DNA of 64,000 bases, from NCBI GenBank assembly GCA_044225175.1, contig JBGAJA010000002.1:728991-792990 (forward strand), given 5' to 3'. The position numbers were made by a program, and so were the translations under genes. The notes below the pieces were generated by a model, which saw nothing but the letters and a program-made list of their open reading frames with translations, was not told where the DNA came from and made no database searches. Positions within the stretch are counted from its first letter, which is position 1. Each line of letters opens with the position of its first letter. This DNA is from Candidatus Omnitrophota bacterium (lineage in GTDB: Bacteria; Omnitrophota; Gorgyraeia; Zapsychrales; Fredricksoniimonadaceae). Below, in pieces: positions 28,854 through 39,024 of the stretch.

Positions 28854-30563
28854 TTGTTTCTTAGAAAATATCCTTCTCGTCTAGCAATTATTTTCTTTGT
28901 TCTTTTAGCGGGATTCTTGTATTCAATTACCTTTCTGTTTGGAATTCAACTCTTTCATTCCGCCTTTTTAAATAATCTTGCTCAAAAACAGCATGAACAT
29001 TTGATTAACATTGATCCTAAGCGTGGGACAATTTATGATCGTAATTTAAGGCCAATGGCGATTAATCTGCCAGTCTATTCTGTATTCATCAATGGAAGGA
29101 CTATCCAACTGCACCACGATAAAGATGATGTTATTTCTCAATTATCTAAGATATTAAATGTTCCTTCCCAAGAAATCTCTGCAAAAGTCAAAAAGAATAA
29201 ATATTTTTTATGGGTCAAAAGAAAAATTCCTCAAGATACATACTTAAAATTAAAGTCATTAAAATTAACAGGTGTTGGTTTCGTCAAGGAAAGTAAAAGG
29301 TATTACCCTAATCAAACTTTGGGGGCTCATTTAATTGGTTTTGCTGGAATGGACAATAATGGTCTAGATGGTTTGGAACGTGACTATGATAAAGATCTAA
29401 AAGGTAAGGAAGGTCGCAGCGTTATCCTAAGGGATGCCAAACAACGGGAATTATTATTAGAGAAAAACTATATTGCTCCAGTGGATGGTTTTGATGTGGT
29501 TTTAACAATCGATGAGACTATTCAATTTATTGCCGAAAATGCATTAGAGAAAATGTATACGAAATACAATGCTAAAGGCGCTAGTATTATTGTCATGGAT
29601 CCTACGACGGGTGAAATCTTAGCTTTCGCTAATCGGCCTACTTATAATTTAGAAGAAGCGTCGAAAAGTACTCCTGACCAAAGAATTAATAGGGCTATTG
29701 TTTATACATATGAACCGGGATCTGTATTTAAGATCGTTGCAACTGCCGCTGCTTTACAGGAAGGTGTTATTAAAGAAACCGATATGATTAATTGTGAGCA
29801 TGGCGCTTATCGAGTAGGAAATCATATTCTGCATGACCATGATCCTTTAGGAACAATTACTTTTAAGGAAGTTATTGAACAATCAAGTAATATTGGAACA
29901 ACTAAGGTTGCCCAACGTTTGGGTCCTCAAAGATTTTATAATTATGCCCATCGATTTCGTTTTGGGATGAAGACGGGAATTGATCTGCCTGGAGAAGCTA
30001 AGGGAAATTTGAAACCCGTTCGGTTATGGTCTAAAACATCAATAGGGGCTTTGCCCATTGGACAGGAAGTCACGGTAACTGCCTTGCAATTAGCAGGCGC
30101 TATTTCAGCAATTGCAAATAATGGAGTATACATGCGTCCCTTTGTAGTGAAATATATTAAGGATAGCCATGATCAAATTATTCGAGAAACTAAACCACTG
30201 ATCGTTGATAAGATTATTTCGGAAAAAACTGCTTTACGGGTCAAATCAATCTTAAAAGGAGTTGTTGATAGAGGGACAGGAGTCAAGGCCCAGGTTAAAG
30301 GTGTGAGCGTCGCTGGAAAAACGGGAACTGCTCAAAAAGTTGTGGGTGGCACATACTCTCATGGACATTTTTATGCGACATTTATAGGATTTGCACCAGT
30401 GGATAAGCCCCGATTAGCTGCTGTTGTCGTGTATGATGAACCACATCCAGCATATTATGGAGGAACTGTAGCAGCTCCAGTTTTTAGTGAAGTTATTGGA
30501 AATTCTTTAAAGTATCTTGATGCCAAACAAATGGCAGATGTTAATCCTCAGGATCAAAATTAA
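28854..30563 (+). CDS. ftsI: Class B penicillin-binding protein (FtsI/PBP3)
   Basis: RGTIYDRN, EPGSVFK (SxxK), SSN, GKTGTAQ. Confidence 0.93.
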   Translation: MFLRKYPSRLAIIFFVLLAGFLYSITFLFGIQLFHSAFLNNLAQKQHEHLINIDPKRGTIYDRNLRPMAINLPVYSVFINGRTIQLHHDKDDVISQLSKILNVPSQEISAKVKKNKYFLWVKRKIPQDTYLKLKSLKLTGVGFVKESKRYYPNQTLGAHLIGFAGMDNNGLDGLERDYDKDLKGKEGRSVILRDAKQRELLLEKNYIAPVDGFDVVLTIDETIQFIAENALEKMYTKYNAKGASIIVMDPTTGEILAFANRPTYNLEEASKSTPDQRINRAIVYTYEPGSVFKIVATAAALQEGVIKETDMINCEHGAYRVGNHILHDHDPLGTITFKEVIEQSSNIGTTKVAQRLGPQRFYNYAHRFRFGMKTGIDLPGEAKGNLKPVRLWSKTSIGALPIGQEVTVTALQLAGAISAIANNGVYMRPFVVKYIKDSHDQIIRETKPLIVDKIISEKTALRVKSILKGVVDRGTGVKAQVKGVSVAGKTGTAQKVVGGTYSHGHFYATFIGFAPVDKPRLAAVVVYDEPHPAYYGGTVAAPVFSEVIGNSLKYLDAKQMADVNPQDQN

Positions 30564-32038
30564 TGACGCTCAAAGACCTGTTAGATGGTATCTATTTGAA
30601 ACCTTTATCTATAGTTAATGAAGGAATTGTTATAGATACTATTAGCTGTGACTCGAGAAAAGAGCAATCGCAGGGTTTGTTTGTTGCCCTGAGCGGTTTT
30701 AAATCAAATGGAGAAGATTTTATTAGAGATGCAGTTGATCAAGGAGCCGTTGTTATTGCCAAGAAAGGTTCCAACCGTATTCTTTCCAATTATGAAATCC
30801 CAGAAAGTGTATGTTTGTTAGACGTTGATGACCCCAAAATGTTTCTCACTCAAATTGCTTTACGTTTCTTTGATAATCCCTCAGGTAAGGTAAGAACAAT
30901 TGGTGTTACAGGAACCAATGGTAAGACAACGATTACATATTTTTTAGAAAGTATTTTTAATGCCAATAATCAGTCTTCCGCTGTAGTGGGAACCATTAAT
31001 TACAGAATAGCAGGGCAAATCTTTCCTTCTAAGAACACTACTCCAGGATTCCTAGATAATCAAAGCTTTCTATATCATCTAGCAGGATCTGAAATTCCCT
31101 ACTGTGTGATGGAAGTGTCGTCTCATGCGCTTGAACAAGGACGTGTTGGGGGTATTGATTTCAAAGGGGCCATCTTTACAAATCTCACCCAAGATCATCT
31201 GGACTATCATAAAGATATGGAAAGTTATTTTAAAGCTAAGGCTATTTTATTTGAGAATTTAAATGATCAAGCCTGGGCTGTGATTAATAAGGACGATTCT
31301 TATGCAGAGCGTCTCTTGGTAAAATCGAGGGGTAAGGTTTATACTTATGGTATAGATCAGCCAGCAGATATTAGAGCGGTTGATATACGTTCAACCCTGA
31401 AAGGTACCAGGATGAATATTGTTTTTCCTGAAGGAAGAATATCAGTCGGCACTAATTTTATAGGAAAACATAATGTTTACAATATTTTAGCTTCTGCTGC
31501 AGCCAGTTATTGTGAAGGGATAAATTTAGATGTGATTCAAAAAGGAATAGAAGAATTGTCCTGTGTTCCCGGTAGACTTGAGCGGATAGAAGAGGCTAAA
31601 GATTTTTATGTGTTTATTGACTACGCACATACAGAAGACGGGTTAATTAATGTGCTTAAGGCTTTAAGAAATGTAAGTAGAAATAAAATCATTCTTGTTT
31701 TTGGTTGTGGCGGAGATCGTGATAAAGGTAAACGGCCTAAGATGGGAAAAGCAGCATGCGAACTATCTGATTATTCTATTGTTACAAGTGATAATCCTCG
31801 CAGTGAGGATCCGCTCGATATTATTAAAGAGATCGTTAGTGGATTTACAAAATCAAATTACGAGATCGTTGTTGATCGTAAAGAAGCTATTGCCAAAGCC
31901 CTGCATATGGCTCAAAACAATGAAATTGTATTAATTGCAGGCAAAGGCCACGAGGATTATCAAATTCTAAAGAATAAGACAATTCCTTTTAAGGAAATTG
32001 AAATTGTGAAAGAGTGTTTGAACCTGACAACAAAATAA
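30563..32038 (+). CDS. murE: UDP-MurNAc-tripeptide synthetase (meso-DAP type)
   Basis: GTNGKTT, MEVSSH, DYAHT, SDNPR. Confidence 0.96.
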   Translation: MTLKDLLDGIYLKPLSIVNEGIVIDTISCDSRKEQSQGLFVALSGFKSNGEDFIRDAVDQGAVVIAKKGSNRILSNYEIPESVCLLDVDDPKMFLTQIALRFFDNPSGKVRTIGVTGTNGKTTITYFLESIFNANNQSSAVVGTINYRIAGQIFPSKNTTPGFLDNQSFLYHLAGSEIPYCVMEVSSHALEQGRVGGIDFKGAIFTNLTQDHLDYHKDMESYFKAKAILFENLNDQAWAVINKDDSYAERLLVKSRGKVYTYGIDQPADIRAVDIRSTLKGTRMNIVFPEGRISVGTNFIGKHNVYNILASAAASYCEGINLDVIQKGIEELSCVPGRLERIEEAKDFYVFIDYAHTEDGLINVLKALRNVSRNKIILVFGCGGDRDKGKRPKMGKAACELSDYSIVTSDNPRSEDPLDIIKEIVSGFTKSNYEIVVDRKEAIAKALHMAQNNEIVLIAGKGHEDYQILKNKTIPFKEIEIVKECLNLTTK

Positions 32039-32334
32039 TGGGGGTGAGTATGTTAGGACGACGAAGTTATTTAAGAGTTAAAGTTAAATCGAGAGTTCAC
32101 TGGCGTGTAGAAGGTTCACCTTTGTCTGGTGAGGGAATTGTAATCAATTATAGTATTTCTGGAATTAAGTTAGTCTTAGATAAGGTTTTTGAACCACCTC
32201 AAGAATGTGTAGTTTTGATCGAACCATTAACAAGTTTTCAATTCACCGGTGTTAAGAAATTTAAAGTAAAGTGGCAGAAGAGAGTCATAGAGAATAATAT
32301 GGAATGCTTAGAGATTGCCGGAGATTTCATCTGA
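32038..32334 (+). CDS. PilZ domain protein
   Basis: RRSYLR and NYSISG motifs; ATG overlaps the murE stop (TAATG). Confidence 0.7.
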   Translation: MGVSMLGRRSYLRVKVKSRVHWRVEGSPLSGEGIVINYSISGIKLVLDKVFEPPQECVVLIEPLTSFQFTGVKKFKVKWQKRVIENNMECLEIAGDFI

Positions 32335-32352
32335 GAATATAAAGATTTATAA

Positions 32353-33732
32353 ATGTTTAAAATTGAAGAAATTATAAAGGCCACGAATGGCCAGCTCATC
32401 CAAGGTCCAGATTCTGGATCTATTCTATCAGTTTGTATTGATTCTCGTCGAGTAACTAAAGATGAAGTCTTTATAGCTATTAAGGGCGATGTTTTTGACG
32501 GACATGATTTTTTAGCTGATGTTTTAGCGCGTGGAGTTAAAGTCATTGTTCTTCACAAAATGCTCCTGATTAAAAATCCCAACATCACTGTTATCTTGGT
32601 AAAAGATACCGTTTTAGCATTAGGTCATATTGCGCGTTTCCATCGTCTGCGTTTTAAAACACCACTCATCTCCTTGACAGGGTCTGCCGGAAAGACAACG
32701 ACCAAAGAAATGATTGCTGCTGTCCTAGAGCAAAAGTATCGTGTCTTAAAAAGTGAAGGAACACAGAACAATCATATTGGAGTTCCTTTAACGCTTTTAA
32801 AGATCAATAAAACCCATCAGATAGTTGTTATTGAATGTGGCACTAATCAACCAGGTGATATCGCCTGGTTATCAGAGATTACTTGTCCAGACGTGGCAAT
32901 TTTTACTAATATTGGACATTCTCATTTAGAAAAATTAAAAACTCCTAGCGGCGTGTTAAAAGAGAAATGGAACTTAACTTCTCATATGAATGCTAAGGGA
33001 ATCATTATTATTAATGAAGATGACCCTTTGTTATGCGCTAAGATCAAAATACACAAGAATTTGCGGATTATGTCCTACGGGGTCAAGAATAAACCACGTT
33101 TTAGAGCGACAGATGTTCATATTAAGAATGGACTTTCTTTAGTTTTTAAGATTGATTCAAAAAACTTTGAATTGAATACATGCGCCATTAATAATGTATA
33201 TAATGCGTTAGCAGCTTATGCGTGTGGAAACATCTTCAAGGTTCCAATACAAAAGATTGTTCAAGCGTTGAAGACATTTCATTTTCCAAAAGGTAGAGGA
33301 CAGATTGTTAAGCTGGGGGCTGGCTGGTTAATTAATGATTCCTATAATGCCAATCCTACATCAATGTTAAGTGCTATTGAAATGCTGAGGGCTCTTAAAA
33401 GTAATGGGAAAAAGATTATGATTGCAGCTGATATGCTTGAGCTTGGGAAAAAGGCCAGAGATTTTCATAGTCAAGCTGGGTTGTATGTGGCCCGTTCGGG
33501 TATTGATGCTTTGATTACAGTTGGCGCTCTTTCGCGTCATATGGCAGCTCGGGCACGTAAGACCAATAGAAATATGTCTGTGTTTGCTTGTGCAGATATT
33601 GAGTCTGCACAGAAGAATTTGGCGAAAATATTAACCAATGGAGACAGTGTTTTAGTCAAAGGTTCTCGACGGATGGCAATGGAAAGAGTTGTGGATTTCA
33701 TGCTTCAGTCACCTAACACCTCGCACCAATAA
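32353..33732 (+). CDS. murF: UDP-MurNAc-pentapeptide synthetase
   Basis: TGSAGKTTTKE, NNHIGVP, NDSYNANP, KGSR. Confidence 0.96.
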   Translation: MFKIEEIIKATNGQLIQGPDSGSILSVCIDSRRVTKDEVFIAIKGDVFDGHDFLADVLARGVKVIVLHKMLLIKNPNITVILVKDTVLALGHIARFHRLRFKTPLISLTGSAGKTTTKEMIAAVLEQKYRVLKSEGTQNNHIGVPLTLLKINKTHQIVVIECGTNQPGDIAWLSEITCPDVAIFTNIGHSHLEKLKTPSGVLKEKWNLTSHMNAKGIIIINEDDPLLCAKIKIHKNLRIMSYGVKNKPRFRATDVHIKNGLSLVFKIDSKNFELNTCAINNVYNALAAYACGNIFKVPIQKIVQALKTFHFPKGRGQIVKLGAGWLINDSYNANPTSMLSAIEMLRALKSNGKKIMIAADMLELGKKARDFHSQAGLYVARSGIDALITVGALSRHMAARARKTNRNMSVFACADIESAQKNLAKILTNGDSVLVKGSRRMAMERVVDFMLQSPNTSHQ

Positions 33733-33746
33733 AACCAAGGCAAACA

Positions 33747-34835
33747 ATGTTTTATTTTCTTTCCGATTTCTCTTATCAATGGCCAGTTTTAAACATCTTT
33801 CGGTATATCACTTTTCGTGCTGGTATGGCTGCATTCACTGCTTTTATTCTGTGCGTTATTTTGGGACCTATTTTTATCAGGATTTTTAAAGAAAATCGAA
33901 TTAAAGAGATAGCAAAGCGTCATGATGCTCCAGGGCTTGATCAGTTTCAAGTCAAGAAAGAAGGTACTCCAACAATGGGAGGGGTCTTTATTATAGGAAG
34001 CATTTTACTTTCGGTATTACTATGGGGAAATTTAACCAATTCATTTTTGATGATGACATTCTTTATTTGTTTTTGTTTGGCAATTTTGGGTGGTGCCGAT
34101 GATTACATTAAACTCAAAGGAATAGGAAAGCATCGTGGCATTAGAGCTAGAACAAAGTCCCTTTGGCAAATTCTGTTGGCCCTGTTGGTAGGCTTTTTTG
34201 CTTATATGCATCCTGATATTACGACGTACTTGGACGTTCCTTTTTTTAAAGATTTGGTGATTGATCTAGGTGCTTTTTTTGTTTTTTGGGTCATTCTTGT
34301 TGTTGTGGGAGCCTCCAATGCGGTTAATTTGACAGATGGGCTCGATGGTTTAGCCATTGGCTGCGTTCTTATGGTGGCTTTTACTTTAGGCATTCTAAGT
34401 TATATCACTGGAAACACGACGATGAGTGAGTATCTTTTTGTCCCCTACGTCTCAGGATCAGGAGAGCTTGCTGTATTTTGTGCAGCGATGGTTGGAGCAA
34501 GTTTAGGGTTTCTTTGGTTTAACTGTCATCCAGCGAGTGTTTTTATGGGGGATGTAGGATCATTAGCTCTAGGGGGAAGTTTGGGGATGATTGCTATTCT
34601 TATCAAAAAAGAGTTATGGCTGGTTGTTCTTGGAGGGGTTTTTGTTGTTGAAGCAACATCGGTTATTTTACAGGTATTTTCTTTTAAATTGACGGGTAAG
34701 AGGATTTTTAAAATGTCCCCCTTTCATCATCATTTACAACTTTCCGGTTGGAATGAAAATAAAATCATTGTCCGCTTTTGGATTATCGCCATTATTTTGG
34801 CAATGTTGACGTTAACAACTCTAAAAATTAGATAG
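33747..34835 (+). CDS. mraY: Phospho-N-acetylmuramoyl-pentapeptide transferase
   Basis: KEGTPTMGG, DDY, NAVNLTDGLDGL, FMGDVGS, PFHHH. Confidence 0.97.
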   Translation: MFYFLSDFSYQWPVLNIFRYITFRAGMAAFTAFILCVILGPIFIRIFKENRIKEIAKRHDAPGLDQFQVKKEGTPTMGGVFIIGSILLSVLLWGNLTNSFLMMTFFICFCLAILGGADDYIKLKGIGKHRGIRARTKSLWQILLALLVGFFAYMHPDITTYLDVPFFKDLVIDLGAFFVFWVILVVVGASNAVNLTDGLDGLAIGCVLMVAFTLGILSYITGNTTMSEYLFVPYVSGSGELAVFCAAMVGASLGFLWFNCHPASVFMGDVGSLALGGSLGMIAILIKKELWLVVLGGVFVVEATSVILQVFSFKLTGKRIFKMSPFHHHLQLSGWNENKIIVRFWIIAIILAMLTLTTLKIR

Positions 34836-34837
34836 TC

Positions 34838-36076
34838 ATGTTTGATATAAAAGATAAGAAAGTAACCATTCTTGGTGCTGCTCGTAGTGGCTTAGCTGCC
34901 GCAGATTTAGTCATACGTTTAGGCGGCCTAGCAAAGATCTCAGATTCCAAGCCTTCCGAACATAACCTCCGGAACCTCGTAGGTTCCGAATGGGGAGGGC
35001 ATACTCAAGAGTTTATTCAAGACAGCGATTATGTCGTTGTGAGTCCAGGGGTTAGAATTGATAGCCAGGCTGTGAGATGGGCGAAGGAAAAAAGAATTGA
35101 GGTGATAGGTGAGGTCGAACTTGCTTTCAGAGTGTGCCCTTGTCCTATTGTGGCGATTACAGGAAGTAATGGAAAAACAACGACAACGACTTTGATTGCA
35201 GAAATTTTAAAAGCTGCAGGAAAAAAGGTGTTTCTTGTAGGAAATATAGGAAAACCATTTTCAAGTGAGGTTCTGAATTTAAAAGAAACAGACATTGTGG
35301 TTTTAGAAATCAGTTCATTTCAATTAGAGTCAACATTAACATTTAAACCTCACGTAGCTGTCTGGCTTAATTTCAGTCAAAATCATTTAGATCGTCATAA
35401 AGATTTAGAAGAATATTTCGATGCAAAGAAGATGATTTTTAAGAACCAAGATGCCAATGATTTTGCTATTCTTAATGATGCGCAGACAGAATTTAAGAAT
35501 TTAGCGAGGAGTCTAAAATCAAAAGTCCTGTTTTTTAATCGACCAGGAGAGTCGCCTGGTATCACAAATCCTAATTATTTAGCAGCAATGTGTGCTGCTA
35601 AAGCATTAGGCGTAGCTGATGAGATTTCTCAGAAGGTATTTAGAGAATTTAAGGGTGTTGAGCATCGTTTAGAATTTGTTCGGTCACTAGGAGGTGTTGA
35701 TTATATCAACGATTCTAAATCAACAACTGCAGAGGCTGGTCGATGGGCACTTGAGCGTCTGGAGAAGCCTGGAATTTTGATTTGTGGTGGATCAGATAAA
35801 CACATTGATTATAAAGATTTAAAACCATTGGTGGCTCAAAAAATAAAATATATGATTGCAATTGGACAGATAAGCCAACAAATCAAACAAACTTTTCAAG
35901 ATGTTGTTGGTCTAGAGGTATCAGATACATTGGCGAGCGCAGTTGAAACTGCTCAAAAGAAAGCCGCATCGGGGGATTGTGTGATACTTTCTCCTATGAC
36001 AGCTAGTTTTGATATGTTTAAAGATTATGAAGATAGAGGAAGAACTTTCAAAGAAATCGTAGGACACCTTAAATGA
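34838..36076 (+). CDS. murD: UDP-MurNAc-L-Ala--D-Glu ligase (compact)
   Basis: SPG, TGSNGKTTTT, EISSFQL, HLDRH, NDSKST, SFDMF. Confidence 0.95.
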   Translation: MFDIKDKKVTILGAARSGLAAADLVIRLGGLAKISDSKPSEHNLRNLVGSEWGGHTQEFIQDSDYVVVSPGVRIDSQAVRWAKEKRIEVIGEVELAFRVCPCPIVAITGSNGKTTTTTLIAEILKAAGKKVFLVGNIGKPFSSEVLNLKETDIVVLEISSFQLESTLTFKPHVAVWLNFSQNHLDRHKDLEEYFDAKKMIFKNQDANDFAILNDAQTEFKNLARSLKSKVLFFNRPGESPGITNPNYLAAMCAAKALGVADEISQKVFREFKGVEHRLEFVRSLGGVDYINDSKSTTAEAGRWALERLEKPGILICGGSDKHIDYKDLKPLVAQKIKYMIAIGQISQQIKQTFQDVVGLEVSDTLASAVETAQKKAASGDCVILSPMTASFDMFKDYEDRGRTFKEIVGHLK

Positions 36077-37167
36077 AAGAAACTAGAGTTCAATTAACTG
36101 TGATTGTTTTGGCGCTAATCTGCATCGGTATAGTCATGATTTTTTCTGCCAGTTGTGTCAATGCTCAGGAAAGTTTTCATGACAGTTATTATTATCTCAA
36201 GAGACATGTTCTTTTTTTAGTTTTGGGTTTGATTGCATGTTTTGGGGTGATGAGTATTGATTATCGTATCATTCAACCCAAAGCTAGATTAATTCTTGGA
36301 ATTAGTCTTTTTCTTTTGGTTTTAGTTTTGATTCCGCATCTAGGTAAAGAGAGTTATGGTGCTCGTCGTTGGTTTAAGCTCGGCATGTTCCATTTTCAAC
36401 CTTCAGAGTTTGCTAAGTTAGCCGTTATTATTTACACAGCGGATTTCTTAAGTCGTAAACAGGAATTCATTCGTGATTTCAAGAAAGGATTTTTGCCGCC
36501 AATCTTAGTCATGGGGGTAGCTTGTCTGCTTACGGTGAAACAGCCTGATTTAGGTACAACCCTTGAAATGGCTGTTGTTGTGATTGGTCTTATGTTTATA
36601 GCAGGAGCTAGAATGATACATTTATTATCATTGGTGGGTGCGGCGATTCCTGTTCTAGTTTATTTGGTTGTAAAGGAACCTTATCGTATGGCTCGGATTG
36701 TTGCATTTCTTGACCCCTGGCAAGATGCTCAGGGCATTGGTTTTCAATTGACTCAGTCTCAGATTGCTTTGGGTTCAGGAGGGGTTTTTGGAGTTGGCTT
36801 AGGCCATAGTCAACAAAAACTATTTTATCTCCCCGCTGCCCACACCGATTTTATCCTTTCGATTATTGGGGAGGAAATGGGTTTAATTGGGACTGTTGCT
36901 ATTATAATTTTATTTGTGCTATTTGTCTGGATGGGAATACGTTTGATTCGTCAAACCCATGAGTCATTTGGGTATTTCTTAAGTATTGGAATTATTCTGA
37001 TGCTTGGTCTTCAAGCTATGGTGAATGTAGGAGTGAGTATAGGAGCTTTTCCAACCAAAGGATTGCCGCTGCCATTTATTAGTTATGGCGGTTCTGCTTT
37101 AATTTTTCATTTGATATGTATTGGTCTGATTCTAAACGTTTCCAAAACACAAGATCAAAAGTTTTAA
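36073..37167 (+). CDS. ftsW: SEDS protein FtsW
   Basis: GARRW, QPSEFAK, QPDLGT, LPAAHTDFI, PFISYGGS. Confidence 0.96.
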   Translation: MKETRVQLTVIVLALICIGIVMIFSASCVNAQESFHDSYYYLKRHVLFLVLGLIACFGVMSIDYRIIQPKARLILGISLFLLVLVLIPHLGKESYGARRWFKLGMFHFQPSEFAKLAVIIYTADFLSRKQEFIRDFKKGFLPPILVMGVACLLTVKQPDLGTTLEMAVVVIGLMFIAGARMIHLLSLVGAAIPVLVYLVVKEPYRMARIVAFLDPWQDAQGIGFQLTQSQIALGSGGVFGVGLGHSQQKLFYLPAAHTDFILSIIGEEMGLIGTVAIIILFVLFVWMGIRLIRQTHESFGYFLSIGIILMLGLQAMVNVGVSIGAFPTKGLPLPFISYGGSALIFHLICIGLILNVSKTQDQKF

Positions 37168-37174
37168 GGAAAAC

Positions 37175-38239
37175 ATGAAAATTATTGTCTCCACCGGTGG
37201 GTCAGGGGGTCATATATTTCCGGGGTTAAAGACTGCTCAGGTGTTAAGAGCCAAAGGTCATGAAGTGACTTTTGTTGGGTCTTTGGGATTAGGTTATGAG
37301 AATATTAAAACTCAAGGATTTAAGGCGATTAATATCCATGCTCAAGGATTAACCAATAAATCTTTAAAAGGATTTTTGAACTTTGGGTTAATTATGATGA
37401 AAGCCCTGAGTGAGGCGAGGAATGTCTTACTGGAAGAGAAGCCTGATAAAGTTATTGGATTTGGAGGCTATGGATCTTTTGCTGTCGTTGTTGCTGCATC
37501 AATATTAAGAATTCCTGTAATGATTCATGAACAAAATGTTGTACCTGGCAAGGCCAACCGTCTATTATCTAAGTTTGTTAAAAAGTTAGCCATTAGTTTC
37601 CAAGAAACGAGCAAATATTTTGATCCTAAGAAGACTATTTGGACTGGTTGTCCCTGTCAAAATAACTCTTCTACTAAGACTAAAGAAGCCTTGTTTCAAC
37701 AGTTCTCTTTGGAGCCACATAAGAGAACGATACTAGTCTTGGGAGGAAGTCAGGGAAGCCAGAAGATTAATGAGATTTTCTTCAATATGATGTGTTCTTT
37801 AGGGATAAATGATTCCATTCAAGCGATCCATATGACGGGAAAGAAAGATTTTCCTGTTTATGAGTTTACTTATAAACAAAAAGGTATTCCTGTCAAAGTT
37901 CTTGAGTTTATTAGTCCTATTGAAGAAGCCTATGCTATTGCTGATCTTGTGATTGCAAGGGCGGGTGCTGTCACAGTCTCAGAGTTAGGATTCTTTTTAA
38001 TTCCATCCATTCTTATTCCTTACCCATTAGCTGATGGACATCAAAAATACAATGCGGAAGTTCTCGCGAGCTGTGGGCTCTCCAAAGTAATTGAACAAAA
38101 AGATTTGAGCGTGGATGTGTTAAGAAAAGAAATTGAGTCTATATTATTGCAATCAAAAGCAACAAAGAATAGTCAAGTCAAAGAGAGATTTAAAGACAAC
38201 TCTGCTTTGGAATTAGCTATAGCCGTGGAGAATTTGTGA
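37175..38239 (+). CDS. murG: Lipid II GlcNAc transferase
   Basis: GGSGGHIFP, HEQN..PG.AN, GGSQG, RAGA.TVSE, HQKYNA. Confidence 0.96.
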   Translation: MKIIVSTGGSGGHIFPGLKTAQVLRAKGHEVTFVGSLGLGYENIKTQGFKAINIHAQGLTNKSLKGFLNFGLIMMKALSEARNVLLEEKPDKVIGFGGYGSFAVVVAASILRIPVMIHEQNVVPGKANRLLSKFVKKLAISFQETSKYFDPKKTIWTGCPCQNNSSTKTKEALFQQFSLEPHKRTILVLGGSQGSQKINEIFFNMMCSLGINDSIQAIHMTGKKDFPVYEFTYKQKGIPVKVLEFISPIEEAYAIADLVIARAGAVTVSELGFFLIPSILIPYPLADGHQKYNAEVLASCGLSKVIEQKDLSVDVLRKEIESILLQSKATKNSQVKERFKDNSALELAIAVENL

Positions 38240-39024
38240 GAAATTTAATTTATATTTCAATTTTTTTAACTTTACTCATTGGGATATCTTCTATTTGCCA
38301 AGCCAAAGATTGGCAGACCATGAAGAATAAACATTTCATTGCCTATTACAGAAATGAAGTTCCTGAATCTTTTGTCGATACCGTTTTAGACTCAGCTGAA
38401 GATGATTATAGATCTGTTGTAGAAACCCTGGGAATTTCTTATTATCAAAGCTGGTCATTTGAAAAACCAGTTTCTATTTATATTTATCGAGATGAAGAAG
38501 ACTATGTTAAAAAAGGTGGCCAAGCAGGGTGGTCTCATGGAACAGCTTTGATTGCGACTAAAACCATTAACACTTATCCTTCCGATCAAGGGTTCTTTGA
38601 TTCTCTGTTGCCGCATGAATTAGGACATATTGTTCTTCATGAATTTATTGGAACCGAGGCAAGAGTACCTTTATGGATGGAGGAGGGGGTTGCTATGTTT
38701 CAGGAAAAAGCAAAAAGAATTGGTGCTAATAAAATAGTGCGCGATGCCTTAGCAAATGGTCAATTTATTGCTTTAACACAACTAACAGATATGCGATTAT
38801 ATAGCAACTCAGATAGGCAAACAGTTGAGTTATTTTATGCTGAGTCTGCCAGTATCGTTAATTTTATGATTACCGAACTTGGTAAAGGGCGTTTTTTTAG
38901 ATTATGTGAGCAGATCAAAGAATCAAAACCTTTTCTCGATGCTCTATCTGATGTTTATCCCAATATTCAAACATTGGATGCTCTAAATAAAAAATGGGTT
39001 AATTATTTGAAAGATAATTCATGA
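38236..39024 (+). CDS. Secreted peptidase MA-like zinc metallopeptidase
   Basis: Signal peptide; LPHELGH...PLWMEEGVA gluzincin motif. Confidence 0.8.
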   Translation: MRNLIYISIFLTLLIGISSICQAKDWQTMKNKHFIAYYRNEVPESFVDTVLDSAEDDYRSVVETLGISYYQSWSFEKPVSIYIYRDEEDYVKKGGQAGWSHGTALIATKTINTYPSDQGFFDSLLPHELGHIVLHEFIGTEARVPLWMEEGVAMFQEKAKRIGANKIVRDALANGQFIALTQLTDMRLYSNSDRQTVELFYAESASIVNFMITELGKGRFFRLCEQIKESKPFLDALSDVYPNIQTLDALNKKWVNYLKDNS

